Source: Sulfuricella sp. | GTDB lineage: Bacteria > Pseudomonadota > Gammaproteobacteria > Burkholderiales > Sulfuricellaceae | Length of the DNA: 64,000 nt | NCBI GenBank assembly: GCA_028714315.1 | Contig: JAQTMN010000001.1 | Span: 49,578-113,577 of the forward strand | Reading direction: 5' to 3' | Part shown: positions 1 to 9,629 of the stretch, piece by piece | Layout: every line of letters begins with the position of its first letter | How positions within the stretch are numbered: position 1 is the first letter of the stretch | Translations under genes and position numbers: made by a program | The notes under the pieces: generated by a model | Told to the model about the DNA's origin: nothing | The model's input: the letters and a program-made list of their open reading frames with translations, nothing else | The model's database searches: none

Positions 1-1083
1 TCCTGGATCGAGGCGATTGGAAAATAATGGGAAATCGCATGGCGCCACTGCACAAACTTCGCTCCAGCGCTTGCGCTCGGCTTGCAGGCTTTGAGTGTCC
101 GCACCCACCGTCATATCCAGAGCGAAAATCAGGTTGCTGTATACCGCCGCGTCATCCGGCTTGATCAAAAGTGCCTGGCGCAAACAGGCAATCGCCTCGT
201 CCAGCCACCCCTGAGCGAGGAATGCGCCCCCCAGATTGTTGTGCGCTGGAGCGTAATCCGGCTTGATCGAAAGCGCCTGTCGGTAGTGTGTGACCGCCTC
301 TTCCGACCGACCTTGATCCTTGAGTAGAGTACCCAGGTTGTTGTGCGCATCGGCATAGTCCGGCTTGAGTGCGATGGCTTTTCGATAGCTTTCGGCCGCC
401 TCTTCCAGCTTGCCTTGCCCCTTGAGCAGACAGCCCAGATTGTAGTGCACTTCCGCCAAATCAGGGTCGATTCCGAGAGCCCGGTGATAGCTGGCACCCG
501 CCTCTGCCAGCATCCCCTGCTCTTGGAGTGCATCTCCCAGGTTATTGTGAGCCCTGGCGTAGTCCGGCTTGAGCAAAATGGCTTTTTGATAGCTCTCGAC
601 CGCCTCGGCCAGCTTGCCTTGCTCCTTGCGTGCGTTCCCAAGGTTATAGTGCGACTGGGCATGATCCGGCTTAAGCAAAATGGCTTTTTGGTAGCACTTG
701 ACCGCCTCTGCCAGCTTGCCTTGCTCCTTGAGCGCATTTCCCAGGTTGTTATGTGCGTCCGCAAAATTCGGCGCCAGCTCCAGAGCCCTGCCGATCAGCT
801 CAATAGCCACATCGTGCATGCCAATTTGATAAGCCATCACCCCCATGAGGTGCCACGGGTCCGGATGATTAGGGGCTACTTGAAGTATTTGCTGGCAAAC
901 GGCGTTTGCATCGGGCAGTCGCCCGGCTTGATGATGCGCGATTGCCGCCTGCATGGCCTTGGCTACTCCCCCGCGCGTCGGATGAATGCTTGCAGGCTGA
1001 CCATCCGCCCGTTGCGCGCAGCAGCGCTTGTACTTCTTTCCGCTCCCGCATGAGCAAGGGTCGTTACGCCCGATTTCTTCCAT
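1..1083 (-). CDS. SEC-C motif + TPR repeat protein, paralog of 2918-5296 (probably GT41/OGT-like); 3' part runs off the window edge
   Basis: Manual translation from ATG at 1083: MEEIGRNDPCSCGSGKKYKRCC (SEC-C), then TPRs, ending in-window with YSNLIFALDMTVGADTQSLQAERKRW, which matches the paralog. Absent from the ORF track because no stop lies in the window. Confidence 0.85.
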   Translation of the reverse strand, partial: MEEIGRNDPCSCGSGKKYKRCCAQRADGQPASIHPTRGGVAKAMQAAIAHHQAGRLPDANAVCQQILQVAPNHPDPWHLMGVMAYQIGMHDVAIELIGRALELAPNFADAHNNLGNALKEQGKLAEAVKCYQKAILLKPDHAQSHYNLGNARKEQGKLAEAVESYQKAILLKPDYARAHNNLGDALQEQGMLAEAGASYHRALGIDPDLAEVHYNLGCLLKGQGKLEEAAESYRKAIALKPDYADAHNNLGTLLKDQGRSEEAVTHYRQALSIKPDYAPAHNNLGGAFLAQGWLDEAIACLRQALLIKPDDAAVYSNLIFALDMTVGADTQSLQAERKRWSEVCAVAPCDFPLFSNRLDPG

Positions 1084-1121
1084 CAATGGAAATCCAGAAA
1101 ATGAGGGTTGAACTCCTCCCA

Positions 1122-1260
1122 GGAGGTGGCTTCACTTGATTGGACAAAATTTCCAGCTTCTATAAGTGTAGCCTTGCCGTTTAACCGCCTACGCCGCTTT
1201 TGGAAGCGCAGGCAGGTTGTCGAAGTAGAACTCATCTGGCGTTATGTCGTCAAGCGCCGG
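1122..1260 (-). mobile_element. Remnant of the right end of an IS3-family-like element
   Basis: Minus strand encodes PALDDITPDEFYFDNLPALPKAA*, resembling IS3 OrfB C-termini, followed by an IR-like end TGTCCAATCAAGTGAAGCCACCTC. Recognised from memory. Confidence 0.5.
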
Positions 1261-1320
1261 CCGCCTCCCGGCGACAAAGGCTTAATCAGCGTTTCCCTAA
1301 CGAATAAGAACTGAGCTAGC

Positions 1321-2850
1321 ATGGCACACTTTTATATTTCGGATTCTCGGATAAATTCGCCTATGAGAACTGAGAACACATCAATCGGCTCCCCCTACCT
1401 CGCCAGCGAATTACTCAGGCGTCCTGTGAAGCGAGTAATGTTGATTAATCCGCCGGGGAAGATAACAGTCACCGAACATGGCTCGCGCGAACGCAAGCTT
1501 GCCGTTCCGCCGATGGGATTGGCGTATCTTGGTGCGCAATTGCAACGATTCGGATACCTTGTCGACATACTGGACGTATTGATCGAAGGCTATGGACACG
1601 AGACAGCCTCGGCTACGTCAATCACCTATGGCCTATCGGAAGATAGGATACGAAAGAGGATTCATGACTTCAATCCTGATGTAATTGGCATAAGTTGTCT
1701 GTTCTCTAATCGAGGGAATGAGGCATTGCATTTGTGCCGGATTGCCAAAGAGGTCATCCCTGAAGCCCATGTCATATTAGGCGGGCAACATCCGTCAGGC
1801 TGTCCTGAGCTGGTTACCCAGCCATTTATTGATTACATGATGTGGGGTGAGGCCGACAATTCGCTCGTCGAATTGCTGGATGCCATTAACAAGGGCGGGG
1901 ATTTGGCCCAAGTAAGCCAGATTGTACTCAAAATGGGTAACGGTTATTGGAAATCGCCCCGGCTGAATCTTCCAGACGTAAAGCAACTTCCTTTTCCAGC
2001 TTGGAATCTCATACGCCTGGACGATTACTGGGAAGCGGGTCTTGCCGATTATGAGGTAAGCGACCAAAGCGAAAAACGATTCATGGTCATGATTTCATCG
2101 CGAGGATGCCCTCATGATTGCTTTTTTTGTACTGCGCCGATGATGACGGAGCGGCGCTATCGGCAACGTCCGCTAGAGGACGTATTCGCCGAAATTCGTC
2201 TTTACCGCGAGCGGTACGGTATCAACGAGATTCACTTCTGGGATGACAACTTCTTTATCAACAAGAAGCGAACCAAGGACTTATTGCGTGGCCTGGTTGA
2301 GTTCTTTCCGGAAATGAGTTTTCAGGTTCCCAGCGGCTCCGAAATCAACGCGATCGACGATGAAGTTATCGATTTGATGGCGCGAGCCGGATTCAATAAG
2401 CTGTTTCTTGCGGTCGAAAGTGCGAACGAAGAAATCCAGGAAAGTTATATCGATAAAAAAGTCGAGTTGGGACGAATCCGACAGATCGTCGCTAAATTAA
2501 AAGAGGTCGGAATCATTTCAGAAGGATCGTTCATGGTCGGCTTTCCAAACGAAACGAAAGAGCAGGTTGACGCCACTTTCCGAAAGGCGAAGGAATTTGG
2601 TTTTGATCGCATCTCGATTAGCTTGGTCAATCCCCTGCCCGGTACGGGACTCTATAAAATATGCGTGGAAGAAGGCCTGTTTCAGCCAGACTTCGATCCA
2701 CAGAACATTCGATGGTCGAATGAGAGCATAATGCTCGAAGGCGTCGAACGGGGCTATCTGGGAAAACGCAGAAGAGAGGTGTGGCTCGAATATATGCAGG
2801 AAAGAATCGATATTGAGAAGTATGAGAAGCAGAATATTCGCAAGTCATGA
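1321..2850 (+). CDS. B12-binding radical SAM protein (class B methyltransferase-like)
   Basis: N-terminal cobalamin-binding motifs (PPMGLAYL, GGQHPS) and SRGCPHDCFFC (CxxxCxxC). True start may be ATG 1363. Confidence 0.85.
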   Translation: MAHFYISDSRINSPMRTENTSIGSPYLASELLRRPVKRVMLINPPGKITVTEHGSRERKLAVPPMGLAYLGAQLQRFGYLVDILDVLIEGYGHETASATSITYGLSEDRIRKRIHDFNPDVIGISCLFSNRGNEALHLCRIAKEVIPEAHVILGGQHPSGCPELVTQPFIDYMMWGEADNSLVELLDAINKGGDLAQVSQIVLKMGNGYWKSPRLNLPDVKQLPFPAWNLIRLDDYWEAGLADYEVSDQSEKRFMVMISSRGCPHDCFFCTAPMMTERRYRQRPLEDVFAEIRLYRERYGINEIHFWDDNFFINKKRTKDLLRGLVEFFPEMSFQVPSGSEINAIDDEVIDLMARAGFNKLFLAVESANEEIQESYIDKKVELGRIRQIVAKLKEVGIISEGSFMVGFPNETKEQVDATFRKAKEFGFDRISISLVNPLPGTGLYKICVEEGLFQPDFDPQNIRWSNESIMLEGVERGYLGKRRREVWLEYMQERIDIEKYEKQNIRKS

Positions 2851-2917
2851 GCATCCCTGGTTTCCGGTTCGAACATTCGGCCAAATCAGGTCGGCAGATG
2901 GTCTCGCTTCGCGAGCT

Positions 2918-5296
2918 TCACGTTAATTGCACGTATTCCCGCCAGAGCTGCCGATATTCGCGCTCTACCGCCCGGACATAGGCTTGCGGGTCACCAATGA
3001 TCGACCCGGTAAAGATGTCCCGCATCCGCCCCCGCAACTCGGCCAACGCGGTCAAATCCTGCGCTTTCCGGATTGCCAGTTCGACATACTGCTCCTGCGT
3101 CTCCGCAATCCAGTCGGTAAGCCCCAGTGTGGTCAGGATCGAAGCCGACAGCCTCCCGACCAGCGTCGGCCAGCGCAACGCAACCACCGGAACGCCCATC
3201 ATCAAACCCTCCAGTGTCGTCACGCCGCCGCCATGAGGAAACGGATCGAGGGCAATATCGATCTGTTTGAAGGCCGCCACGTGATCGCGCCAGGGCGTCG
3301 ACCCAAGCAGGGTGATCCGTTCGGCATCGATACCGGCCTTGGCAAAGCGTGCGGCAATTCGATCTCTCGTGCCGGCATCGTCGAATTCGACCGTTTTGAG
3401 CACCATTCTACTGGTGGGAAGGGCCAATAATATCTGTACCCACGCCTTGAAGGAATCCTCCGATATTTTGGCCAACCGGTTGAATGAACCGAACGTCACG
3501 CCATTTGCCGTCAAGGCCGGCAACTCATTGACCGCAGGGAAAATGTCGGGAAAAAACGCACCGACCACATTGGGCAAATAGCGCACTTCTTCCGCATAGT
3601 ATTGCTTCTCCTCCGGCGGCACCACTACCGGATCGGCCAGGAATACATCCATGGCCTTCATCCCGGTGCCCCCGATGTAACCCCAGGCCGTGATCTGTAT
3701 CGGCGCCGGTTTTCTGGCAAATACCAGCAATCGATTGCTGGCGGAGTGTCCCGACAGATCCACCAGGATATCGATCCGATCCTTGCGAATCATATCGGCA
3801 ACGGCTTCGTCCGGGATGCCGACGATCTTTCTCCAGCAAGTCACGCTTTGTTGGAACAGGTGGGTATGCGAGGCTTCGATAGCCGAATTGGAATAGGCAA
3901 ACACCTCGAATGCGGTGGGATCGAACTTGACCAGCATCGCCCCGAATACAAAAGCAGCGGAGTGCATCCTGAAGTCGGCGGAGACATAGCCTATACGCAG
4001 GCGGCGTTCCGCGTCGGGAGTGTTGGAAAATGACGGAGAACCCAACAGAGTTGCAGCACAAGCTTCATTCCAGCGCTTGCGCTCCGCCTGGACGGTTGGA
4101 GTGTCTGCGCCTATCGTCATATCCAGGGTGAAGATCAGGTTGCTATATGCCGAGGCGTAATCCGGCGTGATCGAAACAGCTTGCCGGAAACTGGCAATCG
4201 CCTCTTCCAGTCTGCCCTGTGCCTGGAGCGCCCCGGCCAGATTGTTGTGTGCACCGGCAAAATTCGGTTCTATCGAAAGCGCTTTCCGGCAGCACGCAGC
4301 CGCTTCTTCGAACTGACATAGCCCCAGGAGCGCCCCCCCCAAATTGCTGCACGCTTCGGCGGAATCCGGCTTGATCAATAGCGCCTGCCGATAGCAAGAG
4401 ACCGCGACATCCAGCCGCCCTTGAATCTGGAGCACACGTCCCAGATCGCAATACGCGTTGGCATGATCCGGCTTAAGTGAAAGTGCCTGCTGGTAGCTGG
4501 CGATAGCTTCGTCCAGCCGGCCCGAGCTCTTGAGCACGCCTCCCATGTTGTAGTGCGCATCGGCAAAGTCCGGCTTGAGCGAAATGGCTCTTTGGTAATG
4601 CTCGGCCGCCTCTTCCAGCTTGCCCTGTTCCTGAAGCAGAGCGCCCAGGTTGTTGCATACCTCTGCCAAATCGGGATTGATTTCAAGAGCTTGACGATAG
4701 CTGGCGCCCGCCTCTTCCACCTTGCCCAGCTTCTGTAGCGCATCTCCCAGGTTATTGTGCGCCCTGGCGTAGTCCGGCTTGAGCGAAATGGCTTTTTGAT
4801 AGCTGGCGACCGCCTCCACCAGTTCGCCCCGATCCTTGAGCGCATTACCCAGGTTGTAGTGCGACTCCGCATGATCCGGCTTGAGTGAAATGGCTTTTTG
4901 GTAGCTGGCAACCGCCTCTGCCAGATGGCCTTGGTCCTTGAGCGCATTCCCCAGATTGTTGTGGGCGTCGGCAAAATTCGGCACCAGTTCAAGCACCTTG
5001 CCGATCAATTCGACAGCAACGTCGTGCATGCCGATCTGATAGGCCATCACCCCCATGAGATGCCACGGGTCCGGGTGGTTGGGAGCCCGTTGAAGTATCT
5101 GCTGACAAATGTCGTTTGCTTCGGTCAGTCGCCCGGCTTGATGGTGTGCGATCGCCGTCTGCATCGCAGCGGCGATTTCCTTGTCCGTCGGGCGTGGACT
5201 CGCAGGCTGCTCGCTGCCTGACTGCAAGCAGCAATGTTTGGACTTTTTTCCACTACCGCATGGGCAAGGGTTGTTACGCCCGGTGTTTTTCATCAT
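2918..5296 (-). CDS. SEC-C + TPR + O-GlcNAc transferase-like (GT41/SPINDLY) glycosyltransferase
   Basis: GRNNPCPCGSGKKSKHCC, about 10 TPRs, then RLRIGYVSADFRMH, DILVDLSGHS, FGSFNRLAKI and DIALDPFPHGGGVTTLEGLMMGVPVV. Confidence 0.88.
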   Translation of the reverse strand: MMKNTGRNNPCPCGSGKKSKHCCLQSGSEQPASPRPTDKEIAAAMQTAIAHHQAGRLTEANDICQQILQRAPNHPDPWHLMGVMAYQIGMHDVAVELIGKVLELVPNFADAHNNLGNALKDQGHLAEAVASYQKAISLKPDHAESHYNLGNALKDRGELVEAVASYQKAISLKPDYARAHNNLGDALQKLGKVEEAGASYRQALEINPDLAEVCNNLGALLQEQGKLEEAAEHYQRAISLKPDFADAHYNMGGVLKSSGRLDEAIASYQQALSLKPDHANAYCDLGRVLQIQGRLDVAVSCYRQALLIKPDSAEACSNLGGALLGLCQFEEAAACCRKALSIEPNFAGAHNNLAGALQAQGRLEEAIASFRQAVSITPDYASAYSNLIFTLDMTIGADTPTVQAERKRWNEACAATLLGSPSFSNTPDAERRLRIGYVSADFRMHSAAFVFGAMLVKFDPTAFEVFAYSNSAIEASHTHLFQQSVTCWRKIVGIPDEAVADMIRKDRIDILVDLSGHSASNRLLVFARKPAPIQITAWGYIGGTGMKAMDVFLADPVVVPPEEKQYYAEEVRYLPNVVGAFFPDIFPAVNELPALTANGVTFGSFNRLAKISEDSFKAWVQILLALPTSRMVLKTVEFDDAGTRDRIAARFAKAGIDAERITLLGSTPWRDHVAAFKQIDIALDPFPHGGGVTTLEGLMMGVPVVALRWPTLVGRLSASILTTLGLTDWIAETQEQYVELAIRKAQDLTALAELRGRMRDIFTGSIIGDPQAYVRAVEREYRQLWREYVQLT

Positions 5297-5424
5297 GACC
5301 CATCCTGAAAGCGGCAATCGAACACCCGCTCTTTCAATAACGCGGTGTTCCCTGGATATTGCATAACGGTACGCATCCCAATTATTGATATACTGACGCG
5401 CTATTTAATCCGATCAGATTCATC

Positions 5425-6225
5425 ATGTCCATCATAATCAAGACCCCTGAAGAAATCGAAAAAATGCGCGTCGCCGGCAGGCTGGCGGCTGAACTGCTCG
5501 ATTATATCGGGCCTTACGTGAAGGCCGGCGTCAGCACCGACGAGCTGGACAAGCTCTGCCACGACTACACCGTAAACGTGCAGCAGGCGATTCCCGCCCC
5601 GTTGAACTACGCGCCATCCGGCCATCGCCCCTACCCGAAATCGATCTGCACCTCAGTCAACCACCAGGTTTGCCACGGCGTGCCCAGCGAAAAAAAACTC
5701 AAGAGCGGCGACATCGTCAATATCGACGTCACTACCATCAAGGACGGTTTCCACGGAGATTCCAGCCGGATGTATTACGTCGGCGAACCCTCAATCCAGG
5801 CCCGGCGCTTGTGCGAAACGACCCTCGAGTGCATGTGGCTCGGCATCGCGGCGATCAAGCCGGGCGCCCATTTGGGCGACATCGGGCAGGTCATCCAGAA
5901 GCATGCGGAAGCGCGCGGCTACAGTGTGGTGCGGGAGTTCTGCGGCCACGGCATCGGCCGCGAGTTCCACGAAGAGCCGCAGGTGCTGCATTACGGCAAG
6001 GCGGGAACCGGCGTCGAACTGGTTCCGGGCATGATTTTCACGGTGGAGCCGATGATCAACGCGGGCAAGCGCGACATCCGCCAGCTCGGCGACGGCTGGT
6101 CCATCGTCACCAAGGATCACAGCCTGTCGGCACAGTGGGAGCATACCGTGCTGGTCACCGAAACGGGCTATGAAGTCTTGACGGTATCCGCCGGGTCGCC
6201 GCCGAAGCCCGGCTTCATCGGCTGA
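5425..6225 (+). CDS. map: Methionine aminopeptidase type I
   Basis: SICTSVNHQVCHGVP, DGFHGDSS, FCGHGIG, FTVEPMIN and SAQWEHT motifs. Confidence 0.97.
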   Translation: MSIIIKTPEEIEKMRVAGRLAAELLDYIGPYVKAGVSTDELDKLCHDYTVNVQQAIPAPLNYAPSGHRPYPKSICTSVNHQVCHGVPSEKKLKSGDIVNIDVTTIKDGFHGDSSRMYYVGEPSIQARRLCETTLECMWLGIAAIKPGAHLGDIGQVIQKHAEARGYSVVREFCGHGIGREFHEEPQVLHYGKAGTGVELVPGMIFTVEPMINAGKRDIRQLGDGWSIVTKDHSLSAQWEHTVLVTETGYEVLTVSAGSPPKPGFIG

Positions 6226-6234
6226 CACGCTGTC

Positions 6235-8799
6235 ATGGACCAGGCAACGTCCACTGCCGCGCATTGGCGCGGCATTCTCCAGCAAGGCAGGGCCGAACTG
6301 CGCCGGCGCTATCTCGACAACGGCAATGGACCGGCGCTGCTGCGCGGCCATAGCAGGCTGGTGGACGGGTTGCTCGAATCGATCTGGCGGCAAGCCGCCC
6401 TCCCCGCCTCGATCGCGCTGGTCGCCGTCGGCGGCTACGGACGCAAGCAGCTTTATCCCGGCTCGGACATCGATCTGCTGATCCTGCTGTCGGCCCCCCT
6501 GAACGACGCACTCGGGCAGAAACTGGAACAGCTTGTCGGCCTGTTGTGGGACATCGGCCTGGAAGTCGGCCACAGCGTGCGCACGCTGGACGAATGCCTG
6601 GAGGAAGCCGCGGACATCACCGTCCAGACCAACCTGCTCGAAGCGCGCTTCCTGGCCGGAAACCGCCCGCTGTCTCAAAACCTGGCCGATGCCGTGCTGG
6701 AAAGCCTCAACGTTCGCGCTTTTTTCGAAGCGAAACTACTGGAGCAGCAGCAGCGTCACGCCCGCTTCCATGACACCGCCTACAACCTGGAACCCAACCT
6801 GAAGGAAAGTCCGGGCGGCCTGAGAGATTTGCAAACCATCCTGTGGGTCAGCCGCGCCATCGGCCTGGGCGATTCGTGGCAACAACTGGCGGCGACCGGC
6901 ATCATCACCGCTCGCGAAGCGCGGCAGATCAGGCGTCACGAGCTCTTCGTGGAAAACCTGCGCATTCGGCTGCATTACCTCGCCAAACGGCGCGAGGACC
7001 GGCTCCTGTTCGATTACCAGTCGCCGCTCGCGGAGCAGTACGGCTTTGCCGATAACCCGCCGCGCAAGGCCAGCGAACAGCTGATGCAGCGCTATTACGT
7101 CACAGCCAAGGCGGTCGGCCTGTTCAACGAGATCCTGCTGCTCAGCTTGCGGGACCGGATTTTTCCCGCCGACGGCCAATCGATTGCGCCGATCGACGCA
7201 GGCTTCCAGGCCCGCAACGGATTGCTCGAAATCGCCGATGACAACGTGTTCCAGCGTGACCCCGGCGCCATCCTGGAAAGCTTCCTGCTGCTACAGCGCC
7301 ATCCCGAACTCGGCGGCATGAGCGCGGCCACACTACGCGCGGTGTGGCGCGCAGCGCCGAAAATAAGCGCAGCCTTCCGACGCGAGCCGCGCAACCGGCA
7401 GACGTTCATGGAAATCCTGCGCGAGCCGCGCGGACTCACCCACGAGTTGCGCAGGATGAACCAGCTCGGCGTCCTGGGAAGGTTTATACCGCGTTTCGGC
7501 CGCATCGTCGGCCGGATGCAGCACGACCTGTTCCACGTTTACACCGTGGACGAACACATCATGATGGTGGTGCGCAATCTGCGCCGCTTCACCGTGCCCG
7601 AATTCGCCCACGAATACCCGCTGGCCAGCACGCTCATCAACGACTTCGACCATCCCGAGCTGCTTTATCTGGCCGGCCTGTTCCACGACGTCGCCAAGGG
7701 CCGGGGCGGCGACCACTCCACGCTGGGTGCTGCGGACGCGCTGCGCTTCTGCAAACGCCACGGGTTGAGCCGGGAACACGCCGAGATGGTGGCCTGGCTG
7801 GTGGGCAACCATCTGGTAATGTCGGCCACCGCCCAGAAACAGGACTTGAGCGATCCCGACGTGATCGCGGCGTTTGCCGACCGCGTCCGCGACCAGCGCC
7901 ATCTGGTTGCGCTCTACCTGCTGACGGTAGCCGATATTCGCGGCACCAGCCCCAACGTCTGGAATGCCTGGAAAGGCAAGCTGCTGGAAAATTTGTTTCG
8001 GGCCACGCGCCGCCATCTCGCCGGCGGCGCCGCACCGCTGGAAACCCACCTGCAGGCAAGGCAGGCCGCGGCATTATCCATCCTCCGGCTTTATGCGCTC
8101 GACGGCGACGCCCACCAGGCGCTATGGGCAAAACTGGAGCCGAGTTATTTCCTGCGGCACGAAGCGCAAGAAATCGCCTGGCACAGCCGTATTCTTTATG
8201 GCAAGGTCGATACGGCGCAGCCGGTCGTCAAGGCGCGCCTGAGTCCGGCCGGAGAAGGCATCCAGGTCATGATCTACACGCCGGACCGGGACGATTTGTT
8301 CGCCCGGATTTGCAGCTTTTTCGAGCGCACCGACTTCAACATCGTCGAGGCGAAAATCCACACCAGCCGCCACGGCTACGCACTGGACAGCTTCGTGGTG
8401 CTCGACGAGGCCAACCGCTCCGCGCAGTACCGCGACCTGCTGGGCTTCGTGGAATACGAGCTGGCGCAACGCCTGACCCAGGCCGCCAAGTTGGAGCCGC
8501 CCCTGCAAGGCCGCCTGAGCCGCCACCTCAAGCATTTTCCCATCACGCCGGAAATCGCCATCCGGCCGGACGAAAAAGGCGTTTACCATGTTCTGTCGGT
8601 CGTCGCCGGAGACCGCCCGGGGCTGCTGTCGCGCATTGCCCAGGTACTACTGAAACACCGCATCCATTTGCGTACCGCCAAGATTTCAACGCTCGGCGAG
8701 CGCGCCGAGGATGCATTCCTGATCACCGGCGACGAACTCGAAAACACCAAGGCCGTCCTGCGCCTGGAAACCGATTTGCTGCAACAGTTGCAGACCTGA
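6235..8799 (+). CDS. glnD: [Protein-PII] uridylyltransferase / uridylyl-removing enzyme
   Basis: AVGGYGR..SDIDL nucleotidyltransferase motif, HVYTVDEH/FHDVAKG HD domain, two ACT domains; conserved map-glnD order. Confidence 0.97.
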   Translation: MDQATSTAAHWRGILQQGRAELRRRYLDNGNGPALLRGHSRLVDGLLESIWRQAALPASIALVAVGGYGRKQLYPGSDIDLLILLSAPLNDALGQKLEQLVGLLWDIGLEVGHSVRTLDECLEEAADITVQTNLLEARFLAGNRPLSQNLADAVLESLNVRAFFEAKLLEQQQRHARFHDTAYNLEPNLKESPGGLRDLQTILWVSRAIGLGDSWQQLAATGIITAREARQIRRHELFVENLRIRLHYLAKRREDRLLFDYQSPLAEQYGFADNPPRKASEQLMQRYYVTAKAVGLFNEILLLSLRDRIFPADGQSIAPIDAGFQARNGLLEIADDNVFQRDPGAILESFLLLQRHPELGGMSAATLRAVWRAAPKISAAFRREPRNRQTFMEILREPRGLTHELRRMNQLGVLGRFIPRFGRIVGRMQHDLFHVYTVDEHIMMVVRNLRRFTVPEFAHEYPLASTLINDFDHPELLYLAGLFHDVAKGRGGDHSTLGAADALRFCKRHGLSREHAEMVAWLVGNHLVMSATAQKQDLSDPDVIAAFADRVRDQRHLVALYLLTVADIRGTSPNVWNAWKGKLLENLFRATRRHLAGGAAPLETHLQARQAAALSILRLYALDGDAHQALWAKLEPSYFLRHEAQEIAWHSRILYGKVDTAQPVVKARLSPAGEGIQVMIYTPDRDDLFARICSFFERTDFNIVEAKIHTSRHGYALDSFVVLDEANRSAQYRDLLGFVEYELAQRLTQAAKLEPPLQGRLSRHLKHFPITPEIAIRPDEKGVYHVLSVVAGDRPGLLSRIAQVLLKHRIHLRTAKISTLGERAEDAFLITGDELENTKAVLRLETDLLQQLQT

Positions 8800-8881
8800 A
8801 ATTTTCCGGGAAACTTGGCCCGATTTACTTCAATCTCAATTAGAATATGCCATTTTTTTCGTCAGAAACAGGTCCGCACAA

Positions 8882-9292
8882 ATGGCATATTCAAAAATCA
8901 AAACGGCATCGGTTCTATTCCTCATTTTCACCGGCTTCCTGTTCTCCACCGGCGCAGCGCATGCATCGGAATCCGCCGGCAAGGAAGGCGGCATGTATGC
9001 CAAGCTCGAACCTTTCACGGTCAATCTGCTGGGTTTATCTCAATATCTCCAGGTCGCCGTCACCCTGAAACTGGCCAAACCGGAAGCGGAGGAAGCGGTC
9101 AAGGCGAACATGCCCATCATTCGCCATGAGTTCATTCTTTTGCTCAGCAGCAAGGAGGCAAGCCAGATTTCCTCGTTCGAAGGCAAGCAGAAGTTGATGG
9201 AAGAAGCCAAACAAGCCGTCAACAAAGTCCTCAAATCCACGGAAAAAGAAGGCGTTGCGAGCACGCTTTTTGAATCGTTCATCATCCAGTAA
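8882..9292 (+). CDS. fliL: Flagellar basal body-associated FliL family protein
   Basis: LEPFTVNL, YLQVAVTL, MPIIRH, EGKQKL and C-terminal FESFIIQ; hydrophobic N-terminus. Confidence 0.85.
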   Translation: MAYSKIKTASVLFLIFTGFLFSTGAAHASESAGKEGGMYAKLEPFTVNLLGLSQYLQVAVTLKLAKPEAEEAVKANMPIIRHEFILLLSSKEASQISSFEGKQKLMEEAKQAVNKVLKSTEKEGVASTLFESFIIQ

Positions 9293-9600
9293 ACCCATAA
9301 AACGCAGTTAACCACGGAGCTCGCGGGGAACACTGGACAGTAAAATCGATTCGTTGCGTGTTTTGCCTCAAATTCAAAATCCCACGCCGTTCCCCGCGAG
9401 CCCATGCTCCCCGTGTGTTCAACCTGAAAACCGCATTTGAACCACGGAGATCACGGAGAACACGAAGCAAGACAAAGCGTTTCCAGAATTATCGAGCACT
9501 CACCCAATGGGTGTAATGCAAGCGCCATGCAATGCCTTGATTTTTCTCCGTGCTCTCCGTGGTTAACTGCTTTTTTAAGGTTCAAATGAGTTTTTAGGGT
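9293..9600. repeat. Two nested MITE-like elements (inner copy 9421-9582)
   Basis: Terminal inverted motifs AAAACGCAGTTAACCACGG...CCGTGGTTAACTGC; the outer copy aligns to the reverse complement of 45485-45640. Confidence 0.7.
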
Positions 9601-9629
9601 AAAGCAATTGCACCGACTCGATCACGAAT

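Noticed and set aside
1-1083. Possible pseudogene, since the ORF track shows only fragments
   Set aside because: The 5' and 3' parts translated by hand are in the same frame and match the paralog; the gene simply runs off the window edge.
9323-9398. GGGGAACAC / GTTCCCCGCG resembling CRISPR repeat ends
   Set aside because: They belong to the MITE-like family, which has a homolog at 45485, and show no repeat-spacer periodicity.
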